From Chrysomallon squamiferum (lineage: Eukaryota > Animalia > Mollusca), in NCBI GenBank assembly GCA_012295275.1, contig CM022674.1:7378001-7442000 (forward strand): a DNA stretch of 64,000 nt. The letters run 5' to 3'. Below are positions 15,310 to 30,722 of this stretch, one piece after another. A program made the position numbers and the translations under genes. The number at the start of each line of letters is the position of its first letter. Position 1 is the stretch's first letter. The notes below the pieces were generated by a model. It did no database searches, was not told where the DNA came from, and saw only the letters and a program-made list of their open reading frames with translations.

Positions 15310-15497
15310 TTATAAAATAAATTTTTCATTGTTGGTTCCATTTAACAGAGGTGGTCCAATTAAAGAGGTCTGAAATAAATTTTTTTTCATTTTGGTTTCA
15401 TTTAACAGAGGTGGTCTGATTAAAGAGGTCTGAAATAAAAATTTCGCGCGTTTGGTTCCACGCACCCGAGGTGGTCAGAATAACCAGGTCGGACTGT
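15310..15497. repeat. 60-bp tandem repeat x3 ending in a MITE-like terminus
   Basis: TTGGTTCCA...GAGGTGGTC recurs at exact 60-bp spacing and ends CAGGTCGGACTGT. A related end, GGTGGTCTGATTAAGCAGGTTTCACTG, lies at ~14570-14596. These resemble termini of non-autonomous TA-target DNA transposons (inference). Confidence 0.65.
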
Positions 15498-16465
15498 GAG
15501 AGGAATTCTCGTGCTGGTTTCATTGATCTGGCGCAGTGTGTTTAATAATTGGAAGTATTGATGATCCATGCAAAATGTGTGATCAGACATTATCGCAATG
15601 CGAAATTAGAAAATCAATTTCCACCGCCACTGTTGGCTTACCACCGCTTATTTGGGTAGAAAAAGCGAGGCGTGCAATCTCCATTAAAAACAGCGTTTAG
15701 CGTTTTAATGCGATTAGTGACATGAGAATTACAACGTGGAATACTGAGATATATTTCACAGCACAAATGCATTAGCAGTGTGTGATATACTTTATATGTT
15801 GTATATATTAATATATTATTTATGTCATTGATGTTAGTGTATACATTATGTGAAAAGAGAGAATATGATAAAAAAAAGTTTTAAAAATGAAAAAGGGAAA
15901 TACAATGATAAAATAGAATAAACAAGAGAAAACAAAACACACTCAAATATTTACACATACTCATATACACAAACACAATGACACACATATAATAATAATA
16001 CAGACACACACACACACACACAAGAGAGAACAAGTAACAAAGAACAGCTAAAAAAGAGATAGAGAGAAAAACTAATAGAAAATGAAAGGATAAAGAAAAA
16101 CTAAACATGAATAAAAATAAAGTAAAACAGGAAACATTGGAAAAAATATATAAAGAGAAATACTGATGGAGAGAAATAAAGAATGTTCAAATTAGATCTT
16201 GTTTGTTTTAATTAAAAAGGTAACAGATATTGGAGGGTGTGTTTTGATGGCACATACAACACTACATGGTAAGAAATCTATCACAAATGTAAGAAAATCA
16301 GACACAACAGATTATGTTACAGCTTCTTCAATTCAACTGGGTACAAAAATTCAATTAATTATCCTACATTTTTATATATTAAAACAGATTATTGTATTTT
16401 TTTCATCAGTTCTTTACACTATGTTTTAACTGTTACTGTTCTTTTAAATTATTTTCATATGATTA

Positions 16466-16550
16466 ACTTACCTTTGTTTGACATCTGTAGTTGGTTGTTT
16501 TTCTTTGCTAGAGTGTCGTTAAACATTAATTTATTCATTCATTTATTCAA
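16466..16550 (+). mobile_element. SINE 3' end with (ATTC)n-type tail
   Basis: TGTTTGACATC...GTGTCGTTAAACATT followed by an ATTC/ATTT simple-repeat tail, typical of retroposon 3' ends. Confidence 0.35.
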
Positions 16551-17238
16551 TTAAATTTAATTAAGAACATAAAACTACACAGCAGTATTCTTGTCAATAT
16601 TTTTAGTCTATCAACATCTATAGATATATAAATGTTTATAAAGATACAAAGTAGCACATACCTGTAGTGTCACACCTGCGATACCCGTGAAAGAAACACA
16701 CCCTCACCTGACGTGCTTTGTTCACCTGGGTAGACCTCTATGTTTACCTGTATCAGTTCTGTTAACCTGATCTCAGGTAGGCAAATGAAAAGACATGCTG
16801 TGACTAAGCCCTATTTTGAGGTTTAAGTCTGGTAAATCGTGATGTTATGTTAGGCAGCAAAATGATGCAGTTATTATTACAATAGATCATACCTGTAACA
16901 GGTAACTTAAGGTAAAGGTGTTTATCTAATATTGACACAAAATACTTGCTAAGAAATAAACAGTGTGGTAGTGCTGCTTTACACTTACAATCACTGTGGT
17001 AAATATAGCAACAACAACAACAACAACAGCAACAACAGCAGCAGCAGCAACAACAATAAACCATATTAAAACAAAAACACAATAATAATGATAAGAAATA
17101 ACAAACAGTAATAATTTAGTATAATAGTAAGTTGTAGTTGTAGTAATAACAATAATAATGATAACTTGGATAAGTTATAAGAAATCATAATAATAACAGT
17201 AATAACAGTAGTAATAATAGTAGTAATAGAAGTAGTAA

Positions 17239-17322
<84 letters not shown>

Positions 17323-18899
17323 GTTATAACAAATCATAATAATAATAATAATATTAATAACAATAATAATAAAACAATAAATAATACCTCAGCAATATAA
17401 ACACTAATAAAAACCTGAGGGGTAAAGAAAAACTGTGTTTAAAATCGGTACTTAAAGATAATCTTAATGAACTACTGCGGGTGGGGTCAAACATCTGTGT
17501 TAAATCTATCTCTCAGTTTACTTGTGAAATCTCTATCTCATATAAATATCAAAGCAAGCAGGCACAAAAATAGCTCACCCTGTTTCCGTGTTACGCAATC
17601 TATGTCATGTACATTTAAGCAGGTATGTATAAAATTGCTTGGGAAAGTCAATGATGATAGCTTGTATAAAATTACTCATTAATTAGGTATTGCATGTATG
17701 ATATGCTCCTATGTAACATTATATTTTATGGTTATCTACATTAAATAAATTTCAAGGTAATATTAAACGTATCTTGCAAATAAATAAGAAATAAATAATT
17801 AAAAAAATAAAAATGTAAATAAAATAAAATAAAATAAAAGTAAAAAATACAAACAAGAAAGAAAAAGAAATTTGTGTGTATTTGTGTGTACATTTGTGTA
17901 TAAGAATATATGTATGTTTCTATGCATGAATCAAGTGTCCATCCATCTGTCACTGTGTGTGTCTGTACATGTTTACACATAAGCCTGCAGTTATATTAAT
18001 CTGTGTCATTCACATCTATGCCCATAAACTGTTTTAATTTTAAAAATAGTGCGGATGCTGTTAAAGTGCACTGTACTAAAACAATGGGCACACAGTAATA
18101 TTACACCAGTTAAAAAAACCACTTGTTGACACTCAGCAAATTTGTGTTTATTTACTCAATGTCTACATCATGTACCAGGAAGTTCTGTCAACAGTAGTTG
18201 CTAGGCAACACACTACCTTCAACTGATTTCAAGATATAAAATATTCATCAATAGCCATATATAAAAATGTTTTGGAGATAAAAGATGTGTATGTATCATT
18301 GTGTGTGTGTGTGTTTGTGTGTGTCTGTGTGTGTGTGTTTGTGTGTCTGTGTGTTTGTGTCTGTGTCTGTGTGTGTGTGTGTATCTGTGTGTGTGTCTGT
18401 GTGTGTGTGTGTGTCTGTGTGTAAATGTGTGTTCTTATATATTTATCAGACTAATGCTTAATTCACCAACTATGGTGTTTTACATTTAAAAAAAACTGCA
18501 CTTTTACAAATACTTGATTATCAACGTTAGAAAAAGAACTCACTGAATTGTTACAAAATAAGCCAAAGGTTACAACTCTGAGAGTTCAAGAAAGGGACAT
18601 AAACATCATCAAAAGTAGCTGGTATCTACTGAAGTGTCTCATTTTCACCCTGAGTGGAGGAAATAAAAACTAGTTCAAAGCAGATAACTCTGATTCTTTG
18701 CTAACTGTGCATATGAAGTGACAAAGATAGTCAAAACTGTATTAATCACAGCTGATGGTTACAGATGTCCTGTGTAAATCAATACTAGGTTAATAACAAG
18801 TTGACACACTGTAGAATATTTTATTTATTAACTGGTCCAACACATTTTTATTCCATGGTGATATGATATCTCTCATATATTTATATACACAAGCAGATA

Positions 18900-19050
18900 T
18901 TATACAGGGATAACCATCACTGGTGTGCCATTGTTTATGCTTTTTGATTAGCAACAGAGAAATCCTGTTAAGCACCTTCCCCCAGACAGGACAGAATTAG
19001 ACTCAGTCTTCTGTAGATAGTGAATCCCATGCTGGATAGGAAATAACCAT
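18900..19050 (-). mobile_element. Degenerate SINE fragment (central domain)
   Basis: GATTAGCAACAGAGAAATCCTGTTAAGCACCTTCCCCCAGACAGG...GCTGGATAGGAAATA resembles, from memory, the reverse complement of the central domain of gastropod tRNA-derived (MetaSINE-type) elements. It needs a library check. Confidence 0.4.
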
Positions 19051-19460
19051 GTTAATATTGTTTTTCTATGATATACTAATGATATTAAACCCTCTAAATA
19101 AATATTGCTCTGTGACATACGGAAGTTATCACACTGATTAATTTCATGTTAAAAGAATTACCAGAGTAAGTTTTTTTTAGTGATAAAACACAAATGTACT
19201 TAGTGCTACTGCTCTGGGGAAAAAAGCAAAAGAAAATTTCTTTTTTAGCTTTTCGTATCTGAGAAATGTATTTTTTATGATAATCTTAATAAACTGGTGT
19301 TAACAAGGTGAAACAGCTGTGCTGTATCTGTCACTCACTCATAATGTTGTGTGTTTAGAAACCTCCATCACATACTTAAATATATATTGCAGTGTAGTAC
19401 AGCATCTGTAAAAATACTCATTTGGTTTTATAGGTCATATGATACCTACCTACCTACCTT

Positions 19461-19527
<67 letters not shown>

Positions 19528-20020
19528 CACACACACTCACACACACACATATTAAAGGTATAGTATGTGTAAAACTACTCATTTGGAGTTGTATATCTTG
19601 TCAAATCTCCACCATATATATATAAATATATTATGTACAATATGTGTAAAATTACTCAATAATAATAATAATAATCATAATAATATGATTATTATTATGA
19701 TTATATTTTTATTTTTATTTTTATTTTTATTTTTATTTTTATTTTTATTTTTATATAAATGAAAATACATTGTAAAATTAATTAACCTACAAAATAAATT
19801 TCTTTTCACATACAAAAAATAAATGAAGTGTTATCTGCAGAATAAACATTACCTAGATTATTACAGTGTGTCATTAACTGTTATCTCATACCAGTAATTA
19901 AACTTGATATACCAACGTCTGGTAGGAAATAAAAAAATAAAAAATACACTAAAAAAAATAGTTTAAATTGTTATACCATTTTTATTGATACAGCAGCAGC
20001 ATAAGTAGTAGTAGTAGCAA

Positions 20021-20056
<36 letters not shown>

Positions 20057-20876
20057 ATGTTGTTGTTGTTACTCATATACTACTACTACTTAGCTATAGT
20101 TACTGCTAGTGATATCATTATTATGAGTAGTACTGCTTCTGTTATTGTTAACTTAAATGATTATTTTCAAATCCTGCCAAAGTTTCAGATAAAGGTAAGA
20201 GATTGTAATGCATGTTGTGTTGTATATTTACACCTGTCTGAAGTGGGGGGGGAGGTGAAAAAAGGAGAAGAAAAAAAAAAAAAAAAAAATGTTCTTGATT
20301 TCATCTAGTTTTGCTTTACAGTACTTGGTAACGCTTAGCAGAAGGAATAAATAAGCCAAAAAAAAAAAAAAAAATAAAATAAAATAAAATAAAATAAAAT
20401 AAAATAAAATAAAAATAAAATAAATAAATAAATAAATAAATAAATAAAATGAATAAGAAAAATGATGTGTTTTTAGCTTATTCTTGATGTGAAAAAAAAA
20501 AAATTATATAAAAAAAAAAAAAAAATTAATATGATAAACGATTAAAAAATTGTTAGAATAAAGAAAATGGAGTAACTTATTCAGTATTTCAGAATAGTTA
20601 ACTTACTTATGTTGTCATTTCAGGAATAAACATTCACAAATAACCATAAATATTTTTTATTACAGTGTTATTCAATATCAACATTTGATGTAAATGAAAC
20701 ATTACATAACCAGGGCATGAATAAATTAACACACATATAAAATTCGGCTAAATCAATATTTTATGAATCTTTATAAAGGTTAGTGGAAAGTGATCTGAAC
20801 AGCTGCATAACAGAAAATGTTACAGATTGGTCAATAAATTCCATGTTTATTTCAAGAAAAAACTAAATACAAAAAA

Positions 20877-20937
<61 letters not shown>

Positions 20938-21223
20938 ATGGGTTACAGCAATGATCATGAAAATGATGACGAATGATGATGATGATAATAATAATAATAA
21001 TAATAATAATAATATTAATAATAATAATAACAACAACAATAATAATAATTAGAGGATAAGAAAGAAAAGAAAGAGAGAGAAAGAAAGAAATATAAAAGAT
21101 AAAATCTTGAAATAAAAATCATTTTCCCCTTCGAAAACCCCAGGTAACTACACAAACAGTATTACCTGTATACATTCAAAAATTCACTATCTTAACAGCA
21201 ACAACAACAATTAAAATAAAAAT

Positions 21224-21266
<43 letters not shown>

Positions 21267-23169
21267 AAATAAAATAAAATAAAGAAACTCTGATAAATTC
21301 AGCAAACCATTTTTGCTACGAGCCACTGGTATCCCAATCTTAATTTTGTTTCTTTTAAATATCCCCAAAGTTCAGTGAGTACAACAAAACTGCTACTTCA
21401 ACATCATCCTTGTCTTTTGTGTCAGGTGCTTCACAAAGACAGTAAAAAACAGTAACAAAGAAAAGTTAATTAGAATGAAATCAAACTAAGCCACGTGTGT
21501 GTAATTTGGTAATTAACTCACCTGACAGGTAAAGATGCACTTCATCCTTCTACAAACTGACATTTTTGTCAGTCAACCTACAGGTGATGTTGTGACCTTT
21601 GAACCTTTGACACTGTGATAATTAAGCAGTGCTGCAAGTAATCACATTTAAAACTTGTTTGTTTGCATGTCTTGGTCACGACTTTCTCACTTAGTCACAG
21701 ATCCATGACAGGCGTACTTAATCAGCTTTTTAATTTAAAAAAAAAAAAAAAACCCTAAAAAAAAAACCTTTCCAACATACAACCTTTTTTTTTTTTTTTT
21801 TTCAAAACCAAATATAAACTGATGTAATATATTGCTGTATATCTGTGTTACATTGATTTAATTACATACAATATGTAATACTGTTATAATAATACAATGT
21901 AACTATGTAAATTTCCTTACATAATTTAAAATATATGGTGATATGTAATACACAGTTGCTCTATGTAAATATAAATAGTATGTATTTATATGTATGTAAA
22001 TTGATAATGTAATGGTGTTATACACTGTACTAAACATTGCAGTATACTGTACTAACTAAATGTATTTGACCTATATAACAGATGCAGTATTATTATTACT
22101 GTTATTATTTAAACAATGTATGAATGTGCATAATTATTAGAAAGAATGTGCTATCACATTTTTTTACATTTTAATATATAATTAATCGTATATGGTGAGT
22201 CACATATAACACCCCCCCCACACACACACACCCATACATTTGACCTATATAAGATGGTTTAATTGAAAGAAGACAGATGATGAGATACAAAGATATCTGT
22301 TATCTTAACATCTTTGTTCCCAGATAACCAGGCCATATTAACAAGACTTGACACACTAAAGTTATTTATAGCCTCACCATTTCCACTCTCGTAACAGAAA
22401 AAAATCTTTCATATTTTCCACATTCAGTAACCGTAAAATGTTCAGTACTTTCTGAATTCACCTGTCAAGAATTATTTAGTATTAGTCTTACACTGTTAAC
22501 CTAAATGTTCTGTTCTAAACTGAGTTGTTAGAAAAGATTTGTTTGCTTCCATTATATATATATATATTTTTTTTTTGTTTACAAAATAAAGAAAAGAATA
22601 TATATATATACATTATACCTGTTTATTTGAGAAATTAAAGAACAGTTTACAAACAAAAAAAAAAAAAAAAAAAAAAAATGAAAACAATAAAAAAATAAAT
22701 AAATAAATAAAATAACAATAATAATAATAAAAAATATAATAAAAATACTAGTATCAACAACAATAATTTGGGTGTCCATTCTTAAAAATATTTGAATCCC
22801 TATACTAAACAGAGATTAGGTAACTAGTGGCAACTACAACACTGACAAATCAATGTTTTTATTGTTCAGATATTCCACATCTGCCCATGCAGAAACTAGC
22901 TGTATCTCATGCTGAGAGATTGAATACCACTTTCAAATATTTGAATTTAAAACCATTCTGACGAACAGATTAAAAACATGTATAAAAGGAAAGGTGGATG
23001 AATAAAGATGGAAGAATAAATACATGAAATGATAAATGACTGGATTGACATTAATGAACAAACAATAAGATGGATGAACCGACTTACGATAAATAAATGA
23101 TTAACTGAATATAACAGATGAATAAAAGATACATGGATAAATATCTGTGATCTAATAATAGCTATTTCA

Positions 23170-23740
23170 TAAAACATTCCTGAATTTAACGATAGTCTTG
23201 TCATTCAATATTCCTGATTTAACAATAGTTTATCATACAATATTATTCATTTCTGTGATACAATATTTAAACAACAGTCCTAAACATTATTCCTAATTTA
23301 AATGTTGTACATTATTCCTGATTTTAAAAACAACACCTAATATACAATATGACAATGGCAAAGTTTTCTTATACAATATCCATGATTACAGACATGAAAT
23401 ACAATATTATGCAATATTCCTTATTTTTAACAATAGTTAATGAATTATATTGTACATTATTCCTGGTTTAAGAAGTAGTATCATAATATATTTGATTTAA
23501 CATAGTCTTGTATATAATAATCCTGATTAAGCAATAGATATGTATTATATTCCTAATTAAACAAGAGATGACATATGATATGACATATTCCTGGTTTTAA
23601 CAATAGTTTTTTCATACAATATTTATTTAACAATAGTTTTTTCATACAATATTTATTTAACAATAGTCTATACAATAATCCTGATTAAACAAGACAATAT
23701 TACACAATATTCCCCATTAAACAATAGCTGTTATGTCATA
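23170..23740. repeat. Degenerate ~30-bp tandem array
   Basis: Recurring CAATATTCCTGATTTAACAATAGT units, with an exact 30-bp duplication at 23601-23660. Confidence 0.75.
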
Positions 23741-24355
23741 CAATACTATTTGCCGTGACAAAATACAGCAACTGTTTTGCTATTGGTTGTCTATTACAGG
23801 AAGTAGCAACACCTGAATTTACCTGTTCAGGTAATGAAGAGGTCTAATCAATCAAATCAAACTGTCTCAGGGGAAACGTACACAAAGCTGACGATGTCCA
23901 CGGTAACAGAAAACAGAAACTGGGAAGTGTTGTTACTCTGTTATTAATGATGTCAGCTGGTTGCCAGGTGGTTTAATTACAACAGTGAACAGGTACACTT
24001 CTGCCTTACCTTCCAAGTAAAGTGGTTTAAGGTGTGTGTGAGGAGATACAGGGAGAGGGAGGGAGAGAGAAAGTGAGAGACAGAGAATGAAAATATAAAA
24101 TAATGCCATTTTTCAGACTATAAATAACATATACTTATTTATTGCTTTCTATACCCTATCCATTGATTATTTTCCTCCACACACACAAACATTAAATACA
24201 CACACACACACACACACACTCATATGCATGTATATGTATGTACATATATATATATGTATATACAGATTGATACATATACACATACACATGCACATTCACA
24301 TACATACATAAATATATAAACTCACATTACATATACATACATACATACATACACA

Positions 24356-24404
<49 letters not shown>

Positions 24405-26936
24405 TACACAATACACACACAAATATAATCACTCAATCATTTTCTCTCAAAGAACATGAGAACACACACAAGACATTTTGGACACAACAACAATTCTCCC
24501 ACCCACAGCCACACCCCACCTGGACAAGGTCAGCAGGATCAGGTATCCCAGTCTGCAAACTGATACATTTTGTGCTAATGTTGGAACAACCACAGATCAA
24601 AAGATGAAGCTTACTGGGTGAAGCCAGAGACCAAACAAATCAGCAGATCTGAAAAGAGCCACGTTTTACCAGCTTGAATTCCATCCCAGGAGAGCGTGTC
24701 CAGTCGAAGAGTGGACACTAAGCCGATATTCCCACGTGAAAATGTTTGAACACAGCAATAAATGGAAGTTTCGTGTACACAAGCATTATGAAAGATCTGA
24801 CATTATTATTATTTGTTGGGTTTTTGGAAGTTAAAAATGTAAAGAATTAAAAGAAAAGAGAAGCAGAAGAAAAGCTTAACTAAGTAACAATCTTAAATTT
24901 GAATTAAACTTTTTTTTTTTTTAAAAACCATCATTAATGAAATTTGTTTTAAATTAATTCTTTCTATTACATTTTTGTGTGTTTGTATGCACCTATGTGT
25001 GTGTGTGTCTGTATAGATGTATGTGAATGCATGTGCATATAGACATTTTTTATATCATCTTTTCAAAACTTGCAATGAAACAATTGATTTCATTGTTATC
25101 ATTTATTTCCATGTGGAATTAATGTGAAGTAATCCCATTTAGATCTTCTGATGTTTTTTTAATTTTAAATTATTTATATTTATCTTCCTCATCCTACAAC
25201 AAAGAATTGTTAGGCTGAAACTCGTCAATTGTTCTGCTGCCTAGGATTCTGTGAGCTATTTTTAGAAGTAAACCATAGTAACAAATATACCTGGTTGCCA
25301 ATTTCTTTTTCTGCTTTTTTTCCTGTTCTTAGATAAATAAAACTTTTTGGATTTGGTTTATCATAATTTCTTCTCATTAAATTTTTGTGTATGTCAGAAA
25401 GATAAAAACAAGGAGTTGGTGCCACCTTTTTAAGATAAAAAATATATTAGAATTCACACTCATATGAAGTAATCTGTCAAATTAGGCCAAGCAGAAAAAC
25501 AAATTTGTTAATCATTCTTTATCGTAACATTTGATGTTTTTTTTTCTTTGTTTGACATTTTTTTTTTTTTTTTTTTTTTATAAATAATTTTAAGTTTATT
25601 ATCATATTTATTATTGATTTTTTTTAAAATAAATTTTATAAGAATTTTTAAGTTAATTCTCAATGCTTTTTCTTTTCTTATCCTTTTTCTTCTTTTTTTT
25701 AAAATGAAATTTGTAATAATGAGGTGCATCACAAAGAATTAGTTGTGTGGATTGTGAAGAAAATGTTAATCTGTAAAGGGATCACAAAAACCATTATTTA
25801 CTTTCTATCTGTGCAGCCATGGTGTCAAATTCAAGTGAAACGTTCCACTTCAGTAAACAAATGGCTGCTACTCTGGGTTTAGACATTGTCTTAAAAACAA
25901 ACTAGAAAACAAACTAGAATGTTAACCCCTTTCTCATTATTATTATTATTATTATAATCATCAGCATAATCAATTATTATTATTATTATTTGCTGTTATT
26001 ATTCCTATTGTTATCATCACCACTATTAATATCATTATTATCCAGCATAATTAACGTTATTATTATTATTTTGTTAATGTGTTATAATCATCATTATCTT
26101 TATTATTATTATTAATTGAAATTTTAAAACAGATTAAGTAAAAATAAATAATTATTGAAGCAGTTTTTCATACTGGTATTGGCCATCCTCAATTTAATAT
26201 ATAAGGCCTCAAGTAAAATTTTACCTAAAGCAACATAATCTGAAAAATTTAATCATTAGAATTATAGATATCATTATCAAAGTTTGTAAACACTAGATAC
26301 GAACGTTTCCATAACAGAATATTAGCTAATATAAACATTCTAATCATTCATATATTTATCTAGTAAAATTAAATATTTTATAGAATCACAGATTATAATT
26401 TATATTACCTAATGTAAACATTTTAATTAATGCATGAATTTATCTTTTAAAATATTTTATATAATCGTAGATTCTAGAGTCATTTTAAAACTAATTCATT
26501 CAAATTACTTCTAAAATGTATTAAATCAGTTATTTATGTTTACCATCCATCCATCCATCCATCCATCTGTTATGCTTTAAAGTCTATCACATCACAGTAG
26601 CAGCTGACAGTTTATCAAAGATGTTAACACAAACTGACAGTCTTCACTGGGTTTGTGTTACTGTCACTGTAGTTAGTTTATTTATTTACTTGTTTGTTTG
26701 TTTGTTTGTTTGTTTGTTTATTTATTTATTTATTTATTTATTTATTATAACTTATTATCATATTCATATTTATTTTAATTTTTGTTATTATATTATTGTT
26801 ATTGCCAATATTGTCATTTTTACTGTTGTTAGTATATACTATTCTTATTGTTACCATTATTACTTTATTTTTATTATTTTATTACTACTATTGTTCTTGT
26901 TATTATTATTATTGCTATTACTATTGCTATTATTGC

Positions 26937-26983
<47 letters not shown>

Positions 26984-28096
26984 TGTTATTGTCTTATCAT
27001 CATCATCATTTTTTTTATTTGTTTTTGATTCAGATACTTTTGTGCACTGCTTGACCATTTCTGCATGAGTTCACCCAAACATTGTGAACTACAGAATTAT
27101 ATCAATTTCCCACAGTAGTATAATTCATACAACAGATTATCAAATTATGTAAACATGTAATTAACTGGCACATACAGAAGTTAATTGCTGAGTAAAAGAA
27201 ACATGAATGACATTGCAAATGAATAAATACATCAACACAACAATGATGACAAAAAGTAAAAAGAAAGAAAGAAATTTTAATAAGAGACAATTATAAATAA
27301 TTCTATAATTATATAGTTTTATGTATGTATGTCTATATGTAAGTTTGTATGTATGCATGCAAAATAATGTATGTATATATGTATGAATGCATGCAAAAAT
27401 AATTAGCTGTTGTTGACAAGAATTGTATATTTCAATTCATCATTCTAGCATGAATTAAAATATTGTATATACTTATAATTTTAATTTATAAATCATTAAA
27501 TGTATATATGTGTATATCACTGTATGTATATAAAGACTGTATGTATAATGTATGTATACATATATGCATGTATATATATGTATGTGAGTGTGGGTGTTTT
27601 GATATATTATGTACTTAATATAAACTAAATGAGTCATGGTACAGTGCATTTGTTAACCCATACTAGTAATATACAACTAATATTTCCATATTATGATATA
27701 CATATAGTTGTATTTTTCAAAATTACTGACAGACTACATCACGTACATGCTCTTGATTCTAACGACTGCAAAACGCGTTTGTTAACGTATACACCAGTGA
27801 AAACTCACCTTATACAGGTGATTTTGCTACATTCCTAATCAGTGGTCAGGTAATGAATGACCGTAACCGCCAACAGCTGACCGCTTGACAACTAGCCACG
27901 AGGCCTTGCAAAGGTTACAGAAGAAAACTGCGTTAAAAAATATCTCAACAGGGCCCCCATTTGCATGCAGCAATCAGGCAGACGGCAACCAAAGCCACAA
28001 AGAAAAACTCGGAAGCATGGAGGAAACGCAAGCCAGAAACGGAACGGTTTACTTATAAATGTTTGTGAACGTACGCGAATAATAAAACATTCTTAC

Positions 28097-28188
28097 CTGC
28101 GGAATATTGTATATCAAGCTGCCTGAATGAGACACATTTCGTAGAAAATTTCACCTCAGTTAAATCTTGTCATCGATCGAGAAAATGA
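28097..28188 (-). promoter_or_regulatory. Candidate first (non-coding) exon and TSS of the minus-strand gene
   Basis: Donor CAG|GTAAGA at 28097/28096 and initiator-like TCATTT at 28188-28183. It sits in a CpG-retaining patch (~27750-28300) at the edge of the CpG-poor 1-27.7 kb domain. Confidence 0.45.
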
Positions 28189-28675
28189 CGCATGAATGAA
28201 AAATCAGGAGAGTTTAGGGGAAATAACTCTATTGCAAACAGGAAAACAATCTTGAGAATGTAAAGGAAATTAGAAGCGACGCAGTTGTCGCTTTAAATTT
28301 ATGTTTCAGAAATAAAATAAAATAAAATAAAAAATAAAATAAAATATAAATGAAAATAAAATAAAATCAAAATATAATGAAAACAAAAATAATACAGTTT
28401 TAATGGAACTAAAATTAATAGTTCTTCTTTCACTGATTAATGAAATGGACAGATTAGAATACGTAAAAAAAAAACAAAAAAAAACTGCGAATGATGAGCC
28501 AACGAAAATTCAAGAATATGTATTTTGAGACATACTGAAAATAAATATCGCATTATAACTATTATTTTGTAACATTACAAAAGCCCATAACCTTTGATAT
28601 GCATGCGTATTTTCATGGCTAAGCAAATCATAAATGTATCATCTAATTTGATAAACCATTTGCGGGCATTTGGTG

Positions 28676-28749
<74 letters not shown>

Positions 28750-29939
28750 CACACACACACTCACTGTACAATCGTGAGTCGTTAAGAACATCTGTATAAT
28801 GTTCAAGTATTTACAGACAAACAGACACACAGAATCATGGAGTGAATGAAATTTATCAAAACAAAAAAAAAAATTAAACAGTTTCTTAAAGAACCTCTAG
28901 ATTACCCACCCCATCTTGGACCACGCCTGATTATTTCTTTGATATAGTTTCTCTACAAGCATGAACACTTTTTTGTCTCAAAATAGCTATTGAAAGGGAA
29001 ACAACTCTCAAAATCAGAAAGTCTGGATTTGAAATTAGAATCATGTTCCTTTGTTAAAAATAACGTCTGCATGATACCTTATTTCTTGATTTGTAAGTGG
29101 ATTTGGCGATTAAGTGGAACCCTACTTTCAGCAGATATGTGACTTTTTGTCAAGCCCTTCGTACAAATTCCTTCCCAGTCCAAAAAACAACAACAAAACA
29201 TTCGTGCATAGATTACGATAATTTGATTCTTCAAAACCTTCAATATTTAATTGATGAAGTCAATCAAAATCAACTATTTTAACAACAGTTCGTGTTTCTT
29301 TCTCTGCAAATGAATACATAAAAGAAAACAATCATGCAGTTTACTTGTTTTCAACGAAATAGTGTACGGTTTTGAATCAAGAATAAACACAGAAAGCAGA
29401 CTGAAAATAAACGATAATAAAACCGTTATTAAAAACAATCACTATAGCCTGACAAACATAATATTTAAATTAAATATATATATATATATATATAAATGAC
29501 AAGCAAATTACATGACCTTATAAGTCGAAGTCAATTTTTTTTAATCTCTATTTTGGATTTTGGATCTCTCAGTTTTTATAATTAACATTGGTTAGCTGAC
29601 TTGGTCGTTTTCAAATGAAAATAAAAAAATTAATTTTAAATACAACAATACAAAATTAAAAATAAATAAAAATAATAATAAATGCAATAATAAATCATTG
29701 TTGTAGAAATATACATGTTTTATAATTATTATAATATATTTTGTTTCAAAAAGTAGGTTAAAAATAAACCTTATTACTTTATAGTTTGTTTCACTGAAAC
29801 ATGAAGAAAGAAATTTAAAACATAAAAGACAGATTATAAATCATCCAAACACGTTCTTCACTGTAAAAAAATAAATTACGCACAAAACATTCTAGAATAA
29901 AACAAATTTGATACGTATTTATAATTATAAATTAGTTTT

Positions 29940-29980
<41 letters not shown>

Positions 29981-30678
29981 TACAATAGTCATCGTCAACA
30001 AGTAGTAAAATAATAATAACAATAGTAAAAAAAAAAAACAAAACAAAAATAAAACAAACTGTCATATGACAGGTACAAGAGCAGACAACTCATGTAGGAC
30101 AAACGCGTTGCATTGGGGAAATATTTCTTTTTGAATTACACTCGTGATTTCAGTAAGTTAGCAAACTTCTTATATTATTTACTTACTTTCTCCATTCATT
30201 CAACAGCACTGAAACAGAACCGTTCATTATTACTGCGTAAACGATGGGGATTACTGATAAACGTTTCATAATCGCGTGAATGACCTGCAACACAAATGTA
30301 AGTCCATTTACAATTCTGATCGACGAATATGATTATTTGATCATTGTTAAGAGTGGTTTCAGCCTGTTTGTTATCATAAACATTTGGATAATAGTTTATC
30401 AGCGCCTCCTGAGCGGTGTAGATTATTTGCACATCATGCCTCCACTACCAGATATGCTGTTTAAAATGGTTTATGATAAATAACGATAATTTGTTTCTTA
30501 GGAACAGCGACCCCATAATGAAAGCGGAAGTTTATTTCGACTTAGTCTGATTAGGTGTGTTGCAACGGCGACATAAAACTACTACTACTATTATTATTAT
30601 TTCAATCCATTGTATGTAGTAAAAAATGTTCAATGTTATAATAATAATAATAATAATAATAAAAATAATAAAAATAAA

Positions 30679-30722
<44 letters not shown>

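Noticed and set aside
30059-30072. Perfect 14-bp palindrome CTGTCATATGACAG
   Set aside because: A single palindrome of this length is expected by chance in 64 kb.
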